Assembly: GCA_017420875.1 (NCBI GenBank)
Contig: JAFQNW010000045.1
Span: forward strand, 1 to 40,200
Length of the DNA stretch: 40,200 bases
Direction: 5' to 3'
From: Bacteroidaceae bacterium
GTDB lineage: Bacteria; Bacteroidota; Bacteroidia; Bacteroidales; Bacteroidaceae
Below the pieces are notes generated by a model. That model was not told where the DNA came from. It saw nothing but the letters and a program-made list of their open reading frames with translations, and ran no database searches. The position numbers and the translations under genes are program-made. Below, one piece after another: positions 6,782-16,777 of the stretch (positions are counted from its first letter, which is position 1; every line of letters starts with the position of its first letter).

Positions 6782-7900
6782 ATGAAGACGAAAAACTTAT
6801 TATTAGCCTTGTTATCGGCAAGTTTATTGTACGCTTGTACAAACGATGACACGCACATACCGGTAGCCAATGACCAAGAAACTGAAGCAACAAACGAAGT
6901 TAGTCTTAATGCAGCAAAAAATATGTTAGAGGATTTTGTAGGCGAAATGAATGCACGTTCTGGTTCTTCCTTCAAAATCAAGAGTCATCAAGTAAAAACA
7001 GTATATGTAAACGCCAGTGAAGCATTGGGTAGATCTGCCCAAGAAGCCATCCCTGTCTATGAATTCATTACTGAAACAGACGGTAAGGAAGGATACTCCG
7101 TAGTAGTAGGCGATAAGAGAGTAGAAAAAGTATTGATTTCTGTACCACAAGGTTCAATAGCCGATACTGCACATATCAAACCATTGAAGTGGTATTACGA
7201 AGATATCCCTTTATTAATCGAACAGGATTTGAAGCAATATTATGAAGGAACAAAAGAAACTACTGTCCAGTCAAGAATGACGGCAGAAACTATTTATAAA
7301 TTCACTCCTACTAATTGGGGGACTGAATATCCTTATGACGCTCAATATCCAGCTTATTATGAACCTAGTTGCGGTGCTATTTCCATTGCACAAATTCTTG
7401 CTTACCACCGAATCCCAACTAATCTAAGTTGGTCAGAAATTTTAGTAAGACCATCTCTCGATTCATCTTCTAGTGCTACCGCAATTAATCAGGTGAGTAC
7501 ACTAATCGTCAATCTTGATATTGAATTGAATACAGATTTTGACGATCCAAATGGTTCAAGAGTTGATGAAGTAAACATTATTCCAGCAATGAACGCTTAC
7601 GGTTTAACATGTGGAGGCATGAGAGGATTTACCATTTTCGATGGCAAACTCAGTTTGCAAAATGGTGGTCCATTCCTGCTGGGTGCACAAGGGTCTAATT
7701 CAAGCCATCTGTGGGTATGTGACGGTTGGAAAAAACATATTTACGACGATGGAAGTTATTATGAGTATTTAAATATGAATTGGGGATGGAGTGGAAACTC
7801 TAACGGTTTCTTCTTGGTAGAAAACCCAATGTCTTTCAGTGCTAATGGAAGCCTATTTAACAGTAACTTCAGAATGGCCTATAATGTACGCAAACAATAA
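6782..7900 (+). CDS. C10 family (streptopain-like) cysteine protease lipoprotein with Spi/I69-like prodomain
   Basis: Lipobox LLYA-C. Prodomain motif VYEF...EGYSVVVGDKRVEKVL. Catalytic region SCGAISIAQILAYH (Cys197), SHLWVCDG (His309) and LNMNWGWSGNSNGFF. Confidence 0.85.
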   Translation: MKTKNLLLALLSASLLYACTNDDTHIPVANDQETEATNEVSLNAAKNMLEDFVGEMNARSGSSFKIKSHQVKTVYVNASEALGRSAQEAIPVYEFITETDGKEGYSVVVGDKRVEKVLISVPQGSIADTAHIKPLKWYYEDIPLLIEQDLKQYYEGTKETTVQSRMTAETIYKFTPTNWGTEYPYDAQYPAYYEPSCGAISIAQILAYHRIPTNLSWSEILVRPSLDSSSSATAINQVSTLIVNLDIELNTDFDDPNGSRVDEVNIIPAMNAYGLTCGGMRGFTIFDGKLSLQNGGPFLLGAQGSNSSHLWVCDGWKKHIYDDGSYYEYLNMNWGWSGNSNGFFLVENPMSFSANGSLFNSNFRMAYNVRKQ

Positions 7901-7934
7901 ATTCTATAACAATAACCTTAAAAAACTATCAACT

Positions 7935-8357
7935 ATGAAAAAACTATTTTATCTATTCAGTGCAATTGTGGTAGCGTGTAGCTTTGCAGCCTGTTCGGAT
8001 GATGACAATGATTGGTTCTATGGTGACCAACAAACCCTGCCGGGCACAGAATGGGAATGCAGCATCTTGATTCGTGGAGACATTCCCGAAGACCTGGAAA
8101 TTGATGTGCCCAAAGTGAAGGAAACGTTCCGCTTCGATGGAAGCAATGTGACCTACACGGCAAACCGTCTGGTTTACGACCCAGCCACTCAAACCATCAC
8201 CGGAGAAACAACCAGCACCGAACAAGGTACCTACGAATACAAACATCCGAACTTGACCATCAATGTAGGCGGCATGGTTATTGAAGCTGAAATCTCAGCA
8301 AGAAACCGCATCTACTTCTGGGGACAGAACGGATTTCAGGAATTCATCAAGAAATAA
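7935..8357 (+). CDS. Small lipocalin-like lipoprotein, paralogue 1
   Basis: ATG at 7935. Lipobox FAA-C followed by acidic SDDDND. Shares L.GTEW and GTYEYKHP with 8568-8990 and 15841-16251. Confidence 0.8.
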   Translation: MKKLFYLFSAIVVACSFAACSDDDNDWFYGDQQTLPGTEWECSILIRGDIPEDLEIDVPKVKETFRFDGSNVTYTANRLVYDPATQTITGETTSTEQGTYEYKHPNLTINVGGMVIEAEISARNRIYFWGQNGFQEFIKK

Positions 8358-8387
8358 CAAATACTTGAAATGATTTGAAGGTGATAA

Positions 8388-8417
8388 GCCGGCTTGCGTT
8401 TTTGCAAGCCGGCATTT
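8388..8417 (+). terminator. Terminator-like hairpin after lipoprotein paralogue 1
   Basis: Perfect 10-bp stem GCCGGCTTGC / GCAAGCCGGC; the T tail is weak. Confidence 0.55.
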
Positions 8418-8567
8418 CGAGTTAGTATTCAAGATATCTTCGCTTTTTCTTTTTTAACAAAAAACAGCTATCACAGATGCAAGATTTTCACTATACTTGC
8501 ATTTAGTTAATAAAGAGGCATTAAATAGTTTTATAAACCTGCATACTTACTACTAAACCACACGATT

Positions 8568-8990
8568 ATGAAACATCTACTCTACCTTTTCAGCTTCGTC
8601 GCCCTGTCTTATGGTTTTGTATCTTGCTCCAATGATGACGATGCCGACTGGATGTATGGCGAACAACAAGAATTGGCTAACACCGAATGGAAAAGCACCA
8701 AGGTATACTACGTTGCTGGGACACAAGGGCGTTCAGTCACCGATATTACGGACAGAGCCGAAACACTTCGTTTCGACTCGAACAGCTTTACGTTTACGGA
8801 TACACGCATGGATTACACAACCCAAAAAGAAGTGACTGTACAAGCTACCGGAACATACGAATACAAGCATCCCCGATTGAAATTGGTTTTTGAGGATGGA
8901 GCCGTATTGGAAGCATCCATCTCTGTCCAAAACACCATTTACTACAACGACGAAAAAATGGGGTACAACGAATTTGAACTTCAACAATGA
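8568..8990 (+). CDS. Small lipocalin-like lipoprotein, paralogue 2
   Basis: Lipobox FVS-C followed by SNDDD; YGEQQELANTEW and GTYEYKHPRLKLVFED. Confidence 0.82.
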   Translation: MKHLLYLFSFVALSYGFVSCSNDDDADWMYGEQQELANTEWKSTKVYYVAGTQGRSVTDITDRAETLRFDSNSFTFTDTRMDYTTQKEVTVQATGTYEYKHPRLKLVFEDGAVLEASISVQNTIYYNDEKMGYNEFELQQ

Positions 8991-8997
8991 CGTGACA

Positions 8998-9061
8998 CAC
9001 GGAACGGCACTTTTAGGCATTGATAATCAAGAAGAGTGCCGTTCGTGACGAAGTGAAGGTG
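8998..9061 (+). repeat. 64-bp hairpin-forming repeat, copy B (may also act as a terminator)
   Basis: Internal stem GAACGGCACT / AGTGCCGTTC; inverted match to 4072-4135. Confidence 0.85.
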
Positions 9062-9150
9062 ACTTTTTATCATCAATAATTAGATGAAATGAGAAACATC
9101 GCAGCATGACACTTGATAGAGATTGTAGAAGTTTCTTATAAAGGGTTGAA

Positions 9151-9981
9151 TTATTCTTGCAAGGAGTTCCGGTATTGCTGGGGAGACAGGCCGGTTTGCT
9201 TCTTGAAGAAGGTGCCGAAGTAGCTTGGGTTAGGAAAATTCAGGAGGTTTGAAATCTCCTGAGCACTCTTCTGGGTATTCTTCAATAGCGAGATGGCCCG
9301 TCGGATAATGCTTTTGAAAACCAGTTCCTGTACGGTATAACCACAGATTTCTTTGCTAAGAGCCGACAAGTATTTGGGAGTCAGGCAGAGTTTGTCTGCA
9401 TAGAACTCTACGCTTCGTTGTTCGCTATAATGCTCTTCGATGAGTTTGATCAGGCGAATGAATACCTCGTGCTTACGGCCCATCTTTTCGCCTAACGGTT
9501 GTAACCGTCGGCTGTAAATGGCACAGAGTCTGTGAGTCAGTGACAGCAATAAAAGTTTTTGTTCGTAAAGCGTGTAGGGGTTGGCATCAACATCGTCCAG
9601 CGTGTTGTCCAGCAATTCCATGTATCGTTCCAGTTCCTTCTCTTCGCTGGTTACCCAAAGGTGATGCGGTTCGGGAGTCATCCGGCTATAAAGCGACATG
9701 GCTACCACTTCGTTGCCCAAGAGGTTCCGGATAGGTTCTGTGCGATAGAAGAGATAACGTATCTGCATGTCTTCTGATTGGTGCTCTACCCTAAAATTGC
9801 CTCCTTCCGGCAAGAATAGAATTTCTCCGCTATGAGCCACAGCCTTCTTGCCGTTAAGTGAAAAAATGAATTCGCCTTTGTGACAAAGCACAATGCCCAC
9901 CCCCTCTATCTCGCAGGTTCTGCACAAGGTAGCGGGGAATGCTTTGCTCACTCCTTTCGAACTATAGATATCGCGGTTCAT
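9151..9981 (-). CDS. AraC family transcriptional regulator
   Basis: C-terminal HTH motifs VEFYADKLCLTPKYLS and LNFPNPSYFGTFFKKQTGLSPQQYR; ATGA overlap with the MFS gene. Confidence 0.92.
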   Translation of the reverse strand: MNRDIYSSKGVSKAFPATLCRTCEIEGVGIVLCHKGEFIFSLNGKKAVAHSGEILFLPEGGNFRVEHQSEDMQIRYLFYRTEPIRNLLGNEVVAMSLYSRMTPEPHHLWVTSEEKELERYMELLDNTLDDVDANPYTLYEQKLLLLSLTHRLCAIYSRRLQPLGEKMGRKHEVFIRLIKLIEEHYSEQRSVEFYADKLCLTPKYLSALSKEICGYTVQELVFKSIIRRAISLLKNTQKSAQEISNLLNFPNPSYFGTFFKKQTGLSPQQYRNSLQE

Positions 9982-11633
9982 GATGATTGTTCAAGTTTGC
10001 GTTTGGGTAATGGTACAAAGATAAGGAAAATAATCACAGCCAGACAAGCATAAAAGGTCCATCCGGCCATTTCCTTGACCGCCGAGAGGGAAGCTTGAAC
10101 CTGAATGCGTCCCTTGGTGGAGATGGAAGCCATCTGTTGTGCTTCGGTTTCATTTTTTCCTTGGTAACGCATCCCCATAGCCGTACGGTCGTAAGTAGCT
10201 GTTGCTTCGGCATGCATCCGGTCTACATTGGCTGCATAGCGTTCGATGTAGTGCTGTTGGCGTTCCTGGAAAGTTACCCCATATAGAGCCGTCCCGATAC
10301 CTGGGCCGATGACCATGCGGAAAGTGAGCATGATACAAATCCAGGTTGAGAAGTACTTGTAGGGCATGCGTTGGGTGGCCAATACGGCCAGCAGACAGTA
10401 GGGTACCATCATGCCGATGCTTCGGAGGATGACCGGATACTTCATGCGTTCGTAAAGTCCCATGCTCTGTACTTCAAAGTACATGAACAGAGCCGATAAG
10501 CCCATAAAGATAAAACCGATGATGAACAATCGTTTGAAGTGTACTTTTTTCAGCGACAGGACAATGCAGATGACTGCCCCGATGAAATATCCCATCATGG
10601 TCCAGTTGTTAAGCGAAGCACTTTGCCAATTGTCGAGTTTCATTCCCACGTTGGTAAAAAGGTTCACAAACATGGCACTGCAGTTCAAAGCCATCAGCAA
10701 GGTGTAGAGCAAAGCCGCCATACCGATGGTAGGAAGCTTGAAAACGCCTAAATGCAAGTAATGGGTGCGGCGATGCGAAGAAAGATCCATGTAGAGTAAT
10801 AAGGCCGTGAAGAACAAGCAACCGGCTGTAGCCCAACGAATGGTGGTATCGTCAAACCAGTCGAGCGTTTTCCCATATACCATGACATAGCTGAAGCATC
10901 CCAATGCCAGACAAAGGGTCGTTACATTTCCAAACATTCGCAGGCTGATAGGGAAACGGGGCAACCCTTTGTATCCCCGATATGGCATGGTAATGAATAT
11001 CAGCAGGATAGCTGTCAGACTGAATCCCATCATGCAGTAATACACATCCTGCCAGCGATATTCGTAAGCCAGCCAGGCCGTGAGGGCAGTACCGCATTGT
11101 CCCATAATCATGAAGAAAAGGTAGATGCCGGTATTGGCCAGGGCACGGGTACGGTCCAAAGCATTCCATTCCTCTTCGCTTTGGGGCTCATTCCCCGGTG
11201 TCAACTTATCGCATGCCTCCACCTTTCCGGCATATTGAATCAGGGTGAAGAGGTTGACTAGCATCAAAAGCATGCGAAGAAAGCCTAATATTATACTGCA
11301 AAGCCCTAAAACAAGCATACTGTCGGTTTTGGCACAAACATAGCTGAGCAGATACATCAGGATGAATCCGCTGAGGCACATCATTTTCTGTCGGCGGATG
11401 AGCATCAGCCGATAGAAAAGCGGTGCAAAAGCAGCCATGCCGATGGAGGTGCAATAGTTGGCAAAGGTGATGTGCTCGGAAAGGATGCCCAATCCGCTCA
11501 TCATCTCGCCGCTATTGGCTGTATAGACTCCTCCGGCGGTAAGGATGGGAAAGAAGAGAAAGAAAAGTATCAAGATACCTATTCCCTTCGGTACCCAATT
11601 ATAGAATGGATAGTTTTTGGGTTTAGATGCCAT
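9978..11633 (-). CDS. MFS (EmrB/DHA2-like) efflux inner-membrane transporter
   Basis: About 14 hydrophobic segments; in an operon with HlyD and TolC genes. Confidence 0.82.
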   Translation of the reverse strand: MASKPKNYPFYNWVPKGIGILILFFLFFPILTAGGVYTANSGEMMSGLGILSEHITFANYCTSIGMAAFAPLFYRLMLIRRQKMMCLSGFILMYLLSYVCAKTDSMLVLGLCSIILGFLRMLLMLVNLFTLIQYAGKVEACDKLTPGNEPQSEEEWNALDRTRALANTGIYLFFMIMGQCGTALTAWLAYEYRWQDVYYCMMGFSLTAILLIFITMPYRGYKGLPRFPISLRMFGNVTTLCLALGCFSYVMVYGKTLDWFDDTTIRWATAGCLFFTALLLYMDLSSHRRTHYLHLGVFKLPTIGMAALLYTLLMALNCSAMFVNLFTNVGMKLDNWQSASLNNWTMMGYFIGAVICIVLSLKKVHFKRLFIIGFIFMGLSALFMYFEVQSMGLYERMKYPVILRSIGMMVPYCLLAVLATQRMPYKYFSTWICIMLTFRMVIGPGIGTALYGVTFQERQQHYIERYAANVDRMHAEATATYDRTAMGMRYQGKNETEAQQMASISTKGRIQVQASLSAVKEMAGWTFYACLAVIIFLIFVPLPKRKLEQSS

Positions 11634-11636
11634 GTG

Positions 11637-12704
11637 TTATTTTCTTTTCGCTTTGACAATAACCATCATACCTGCGGCCAAGCGGCTATTCTCTTCATCG
11701 GTCAGGTTGGTGAAGTCTATACGTACCGGAATACGTTGTTGGATTTTTACAAAGTTACCGGCTGAATTATCGGTTGGAACCAACGAAAATTTAGATCCCG
11801 TTGCTCCAGAAATGGCCGTTACTTTGCCGGTAAATTCTTTGTCACTCCAGGCATCGACTGTGATTTCTACTTCCTGGCCTACGTAGAGGTTTTCCACCTG
11901 CTTTTCCTTGTAGTTGGCTATAATCCATTTTTGAGTGTCGGGCACGATGTAAGTAATGGTTGTTCCGGCCGAAATGAATTGTCCTTCTTCCAAAGCACGG
12001 CGTCCCAATTGGCCATCGCAAGGTGCGGTAACAACGGTGTAGCTCAAGTTCAGCTTGGCCATCTCCAAGGCAGCTTGTGTACGTTCGATGCCGGCTTCTA
12101 CGTTTTCTCGACGCATCGATACTTCGCTAACCCCTGATACGGCTGCTTTCCGTTGGCGTTCAGTGGCTTCCAAACGTTTTTGTAAGGCTTGCAACTCGGT
12201 TTCTATCTGCTCCAGTTGGATGGGGGCAACGGCCTTTCGCTCTACCAGATTGGCATAACGCTGGCGGTCTTTTTCCAGCTTGGCGATACGAACCTCAATT
12301 TCTGAGATGCTGGCATCATAAACCGAAGCCGTTGTCTGGGTGCGGTCGATGGTGGCACCGATGACGTTGGCTCCTGCCATGGCATCCTTCAAGGCTGCCT
12401 CAGCTTCCATCACTCGGATTTTGTATTCGCGGTCGTCCAATATCAATAAGGTATCGCCCTTCTTCACGTGTTGGTGTTCGGTGAAATAGATCTTTTTGAT
12501 GTATCCCGAAGCACGTAGGTTGACGGGGGATAAGTATTGCTCTATTTGTGCATCGTTGGTAGTTTCTTTCCAGCGATAATCCATGAACAGGCAGGCCACT
12601 TCCCAGAGTCCCCAAGCGATGATTATCACTCCGGCAGCACTCATCAGCCATTGTATTCCGCGTAGTTTTTTGATACGTTTCTTCTTTTCTTCGTGGGTAG
12701 TCAT
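11637..12704 (-). CDS. HlyD/EmrA family membrane fusion protein
   Basis: N-terminal TM, TNDAQI, VKKGDTL, a coiled coil and the EmrA signature ATGSKFSLVPTDNSAGNFVKIQQRIPVRI. Confidence 0.93.
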   Translation of the reverse strand: MTTHEEKKKRIKKLRGIQWLMSAAGVIIIAWGLWEVACLFMDYRWKETTNDAQIEQYLSPVNLRASGYIKKIYFTEHQHVKKGDTLLILDDREYKIRVMEAEAALKDAMAGANVIGATIDRTQTTASVYDASISEIEVRIAKLEKDRQRYANLVERKAVAPIQLEQIETELQALQKRLEATERQRKAAVSGVSEVSMRRENVEAGIERTQAALEMAKLNLSYTVVTAPCDGQLGRRALEEGQFISAGTTITYIVPDTQKWIIANYKEKQVENLYVGQEVEITVDAWSDKEFTGKVTAISGATGSKFSLVPTDNSAGNFVKIQQRIPVRIDFTNLTDEENSRLAAGMMVIVKAKRK

Positions 12705-12709
12705 ATCTT

Positions 12710-14041
12710 TTATCTGATTTTAAAATTTTCTTCTAATTTTCCGGTTAGTCTCAATAGGGTCAGGTTTGCCAAGCGGTAGTTGAATGATGCACTGACGTAG
12801 TTGTTTTGGGCTTCGCTCACCCGCATCTCGTCTTGCAACACTTCCGTCATGCTGGCAATGCCTTCCCGATAGCGGTCGGTTGTTACGGTGCAAACCTCTT
12901 CGGCCAGTTGGAAGTTCGCTTTCTGCTTTTGGTAGTTCCGGCGATTGTTCATCAGGTCGTTGGTTGCGTTCAGGTACTGAGTGGTCAGTGCCTTCCGTGT
13001 ATTTTCGGTGTTCAGACGGACATTCTCAATGTCTACATTGGCCTTGCGGATTTTGTATTTACGGTTAAAACTATCGAATACTGGTATCCGTAGGGAAAGT
13101 CCGATTCCGTAAGACCGATACCATTTGTTCGATTCACCGGCGTGAAACCAGTTCTTGAATTCATCCGTCCAAGCCGAATACATCCAGTTTCCGGTGAGAC
13201 TGAGCGAAGGGAGATAGCCTTGTGCTATCAGGCTCTTCTGCTTTTCGGCGATGACACCTTGTTGGTTTAGCATTTGGAATTCCCACAATCCTTCCGATAG
13301 GCCGGACAATTCGGTAGTCTGTATTTCATCGGCTTCAATGGGAGTTAGGGCAATCTCCTGATCGAATGGATAGTCGATGACATACTTCAGGGTATTGAGT
13401 TGTTGCTCCAGCACCGATTGGGCATTGTCGTATTGGGCTTGCAGATTTTCCAGATTAATCGTGACTCGTTTCAAATCTACTTCCAAGGCCATCTGGTTGT
13501 CGTAAAAGGCTTGGGTGATGTGCTGGAGTTCTTGTAGGCGAACGATGTTTTCCTTGATGAGGGAAAGTTGTTCGGCGGTAACTTGTCCCAAATAATACAT
13601 CTTGCAAATTTGTAGAATCAACTCTTCTCGTGCCTTTCCATACGACAGGTGACTCATCTCTTTCACCAGTTTGGTCAGTGCCAGCGAAGTGTAGAGCGTT
13701 TGGTTATAAAGCGGCATGTTCAGCTGAAGTCCTACTGTACTGCTGAAAGGCAACGTGTGTGTCACGTTGTAAGGCACCCCATACGATGAACCATCGGTAA
13801 CGGATACCGGAGGGTCGAAGTTGTCGTTGAAGTTAGCGAAAGCATTGATTTGTGGTAAGAGCAATGCCCGGTTCTCGGATACGGCAAAACTTGCTTTCCT
13901 TACTTCATTCCATTTGCCCTGTAATCCCAGGTTACGTTCAATGCCTTGTTGCAGGCATTCTTCCAAGGTCAGAACCTTTTGTGCGGATGCCACAATGGAA
14001 CTTCCCAAAAGCGTAAATATGAACAGAATTTTCTTAATCAT
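12710..14041 (-). CDS. TolC family outer-membrane efflux protein
   Basis: Signal peptide, LTLEECLQQGIERN, LLPQI, YLPSLSL, GLSLRIPVFD and RYREGIAS. Confidence 0.9.
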   Translation of the reverse strand: MIKKILFIFTLLGSSIVASAQKVLTLEECLQQGIERNLGLQGKWNEVRKASFAVSENRALLLPQINAFANFNDNFDPPVSVTDGSSYGVPYNVTHTLPFSSTVGLQLNMPLYNQTLYTSLALTKLVKEMSHLSYGKAREELILQICKMYYLGQVTAEQLSLIKENIVRLQELQHITQAFYDNQMALEVDLKRVTINLENLQAQYDNAQSVLEQQLNTLKYVIDYPFDQEIALTPIEADEIQTTELSGLSEGLWEFQMLNQQGVIAEKQKSLIAQGYLPSLSLTGNWMYSAWTDEFKNWFHAGESNKWYRSYGIGLSLRIPVFDSFNRKYKIRKANVDIENVRLNTENTRKALTTQYLNATNDLMNNRRNYQKQKANFQLAEEVCTVTTDRYREGIASMTEVLQDEMRVSEAQNNYVSASFNYRLANLTLLRLTGKLEENFKIR

Positions 14042-14064
14042 TGTATTGTTTGCTAAAATTGGTG

Positions 14065-14072
14065 CAAAATTA
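14065..14072 (-). promoter_or_regulatory. -7 element (TAATTTTG) of the efflux operon
   Basis: CAAAATTA on +, about 24 nt upstream of the TolC-gene ATG. Confidence 0.5.
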
Positions 14073-14328
14073 AGGGAATTAATCGTTGAAAGTATCTTTT
14101 CTTTGTAGAGTATTCTGTCTATAATTTCCTTTTTTAAGAAAAAGGGAGGTGGTTTCTCTGCTTTATCTGTTACTTGGATAGTTAATAATATATAATCAGG
14201 ATGGAAAGTAAAATGTAATAGTTTGTGAAAAGAAAAAATATGACTAAGTTAGCTTGGTAATTATGGGTCAGGCATATGTGCTGAATGAGATAAAAGGGAA
14301 ATGAGGAATCGACCCTAAGGGATTTTAA

Positions 14329-15534
<1,206 letters not shown>

Positions 15535-15564
15535 GAGTTAGAATCCCATTCGATAGACGTTGGT

Positions 15565-15585
15565 TTCCTTACGCTTGGAATGACA
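15565..15585 (-). repeat. REP-like half element (reverse complement begins TGTCATTCCAAGC)
   Basis: 11/13 identity to the start of the element at 4162. Confidence 0.35.
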
Positions 15586-15840
15586 GACGCTATATTGTTT
15601 TGGTTGCTTCAGATTAAGATAAGAACCACGGACTCAAGTATAAAATGTGCGTAGCCTTTTTGTATGTCGAGGCTTTATCAAAAGTAAGCAAGAGTTTTAT
15701 TATATGATATCTAAAATTCCTTTAAAAAGAGGCTGAAATGTTTTGTTTTCTTGTTCATTTTTATTTTTTTTGTAAAAATGCTACCTTGAGGAAAATTCCA
15801 TTACAACTAACTATATTATAACCTTTTAAATTTAAAGATT

Positions 15841-16251
15841 ATGAAACAGCTATTTTATATTTTAAGTTTTATTTCCATCGTGTGTAGCTTTGTTTCATGC
15901 TCCGATGATGATAATATTGTGAAGTATGGTGACAAACAAGAACTGACTGGAACAAAGTGGGAGAACGCCTCAAATTGGTATGGAGGTTCTATACCTACGG
16001 ATATTTTGGAATTCAATTCGAATGAATTTACAATAACACTTACCTTCTGGAATTACAATGCCGAAGGAGAAAAGGTAAAGGGAACGGAAACTGTTACACA
16101 TGGGACGTATGAGTACAAGCATCCTCATTTAAAACTGGTATTTGAAGACAATATGGAAGTAGATGCATGGATTTCCGCTAATAATGCGATTTGTTTCTAT
16201 AATGAGAGACATGCATTTAATGAATATGTTCGTGAAAATCCAGAGAACTAG
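15841..16251 (+). CDS. Small lipocalin-like lipoprotein, paralogue 3
   Basis: Lipobox FVS-C followed by SDDD; YGDKQELTGTKW and GTYEYKHPHLKLVFED. Confidence 0.82.
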   Translation: MKQLFYILSFISIVCSFVSCSDDDNIVKYGDKQELTGTKWENASNWYGGSIPTDILEFNSNEFTITLTFWNYNAEGEKVKGTETVTHGTYEYKHPHLKLVFEDNMEVDAWISANNAICFYNERHAFNEYVRENPEN

Positions 16252-16284
16252 GGAATTCACTTCAAACTTTTTTAAAACTACAAA

Positions 16285-16340
16285 TCGGCACTCCAACTAC
16301 TTGTAATTCAAGATGGAGTGCCGAAAGTGTAAAAGTGAAG
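16285..16340 (+). repeat. Diverged copy C of the hairpin repeat / bidirectional terminator
   Basis: Stem TCGGCACTCC / GGAGTGCCGA. Shares CGGCACT, TCAAGA, AGTGCCG, GTG and AAGTGAAG with copy B at near-identical spacing. Confidence 0.6.
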
Positions 16341-16343
16341 ATA

Positions 16344-16772
16344 CTATAAAATCATCCGATAGATATTCGTCTCTTTCCGTTCAAATCCCATGGCTTGATA
16401 TAATTTGTTGGCCGCAATGCGGCTAGGATTGGACGTGAGCATCAGCAAGGGGATGTGTTGCGACTTCACAAACTCGATGGCATGGTTTACGAGCAATTTG
16501 CTGAGGCCTTGTCCCCGAAATGCTTCGTCCACCACTACATCCTCAATCCATGCTTTGCCTCCCGTCGGACTATGATAGATGCCGACGGTAAGCATTCCGG
16601 CTATCTTTTCTTCTTGCATCAGGAAGAAAAGATAGCTGTTTGTTGAGGCCAGCAGTTCTTTGAACATGCTTTCGGTAAAAGTCATGGGGTCAGGAGTCAG
16701 CTGATTCAAAAAATGTTGGATAGCCGCATGGTATGCCGGCGAGTAGGTCTTTATTTCAACGATAGATGTCAT
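16344..16772 (-). CDS. GNAT family N-acetyltransferase
   Basis: Acetyl-CoA motif WIEDVVVDEAFRGQGL and AANKLYQAMGF. Confidence 0.9.
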   Translation of the reverse strand: MTSIVEIKTYSPAYHAAIQHFLNQLTPDPMTFTESMFKELLASTNSYLFFLMQEEKIAGMLTVGIYHSPTGGKAWIEDVVVDEAFRGQGLSKLLVNHAIEFVKSQHIPLLMLTSNPSRIAANKLYQAMGFERKETNIYRMIL

Positions 16773-16777
16773 AAGGC

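Noticed and set aside
7839-7934. Extended N-terminus of lipoprotein 1 (and similar long starts at 280, 1581, 20852, 26399, 35299, 35353, 38909)
   Set aside because: Downstream ATGs give proper signal peptides or family N-termini, and several of the long starts overlap -7 promoter elements or neighbouring genes.
8376-8384. TGAAGGTGA after lipoprotein 1, matching the tail of repeat copy B
   Set aside because: Only 9 nt match and the rest of the repeat is absent, so it is compatible with chance.
9151-14041. Efflux operon as a novel system or a specific resistance determinant
   Set aside because: TolC-HlyD-MFS-AraC operons are common in Bacteroidales, and the substrate cannot be inferred from the sequence.
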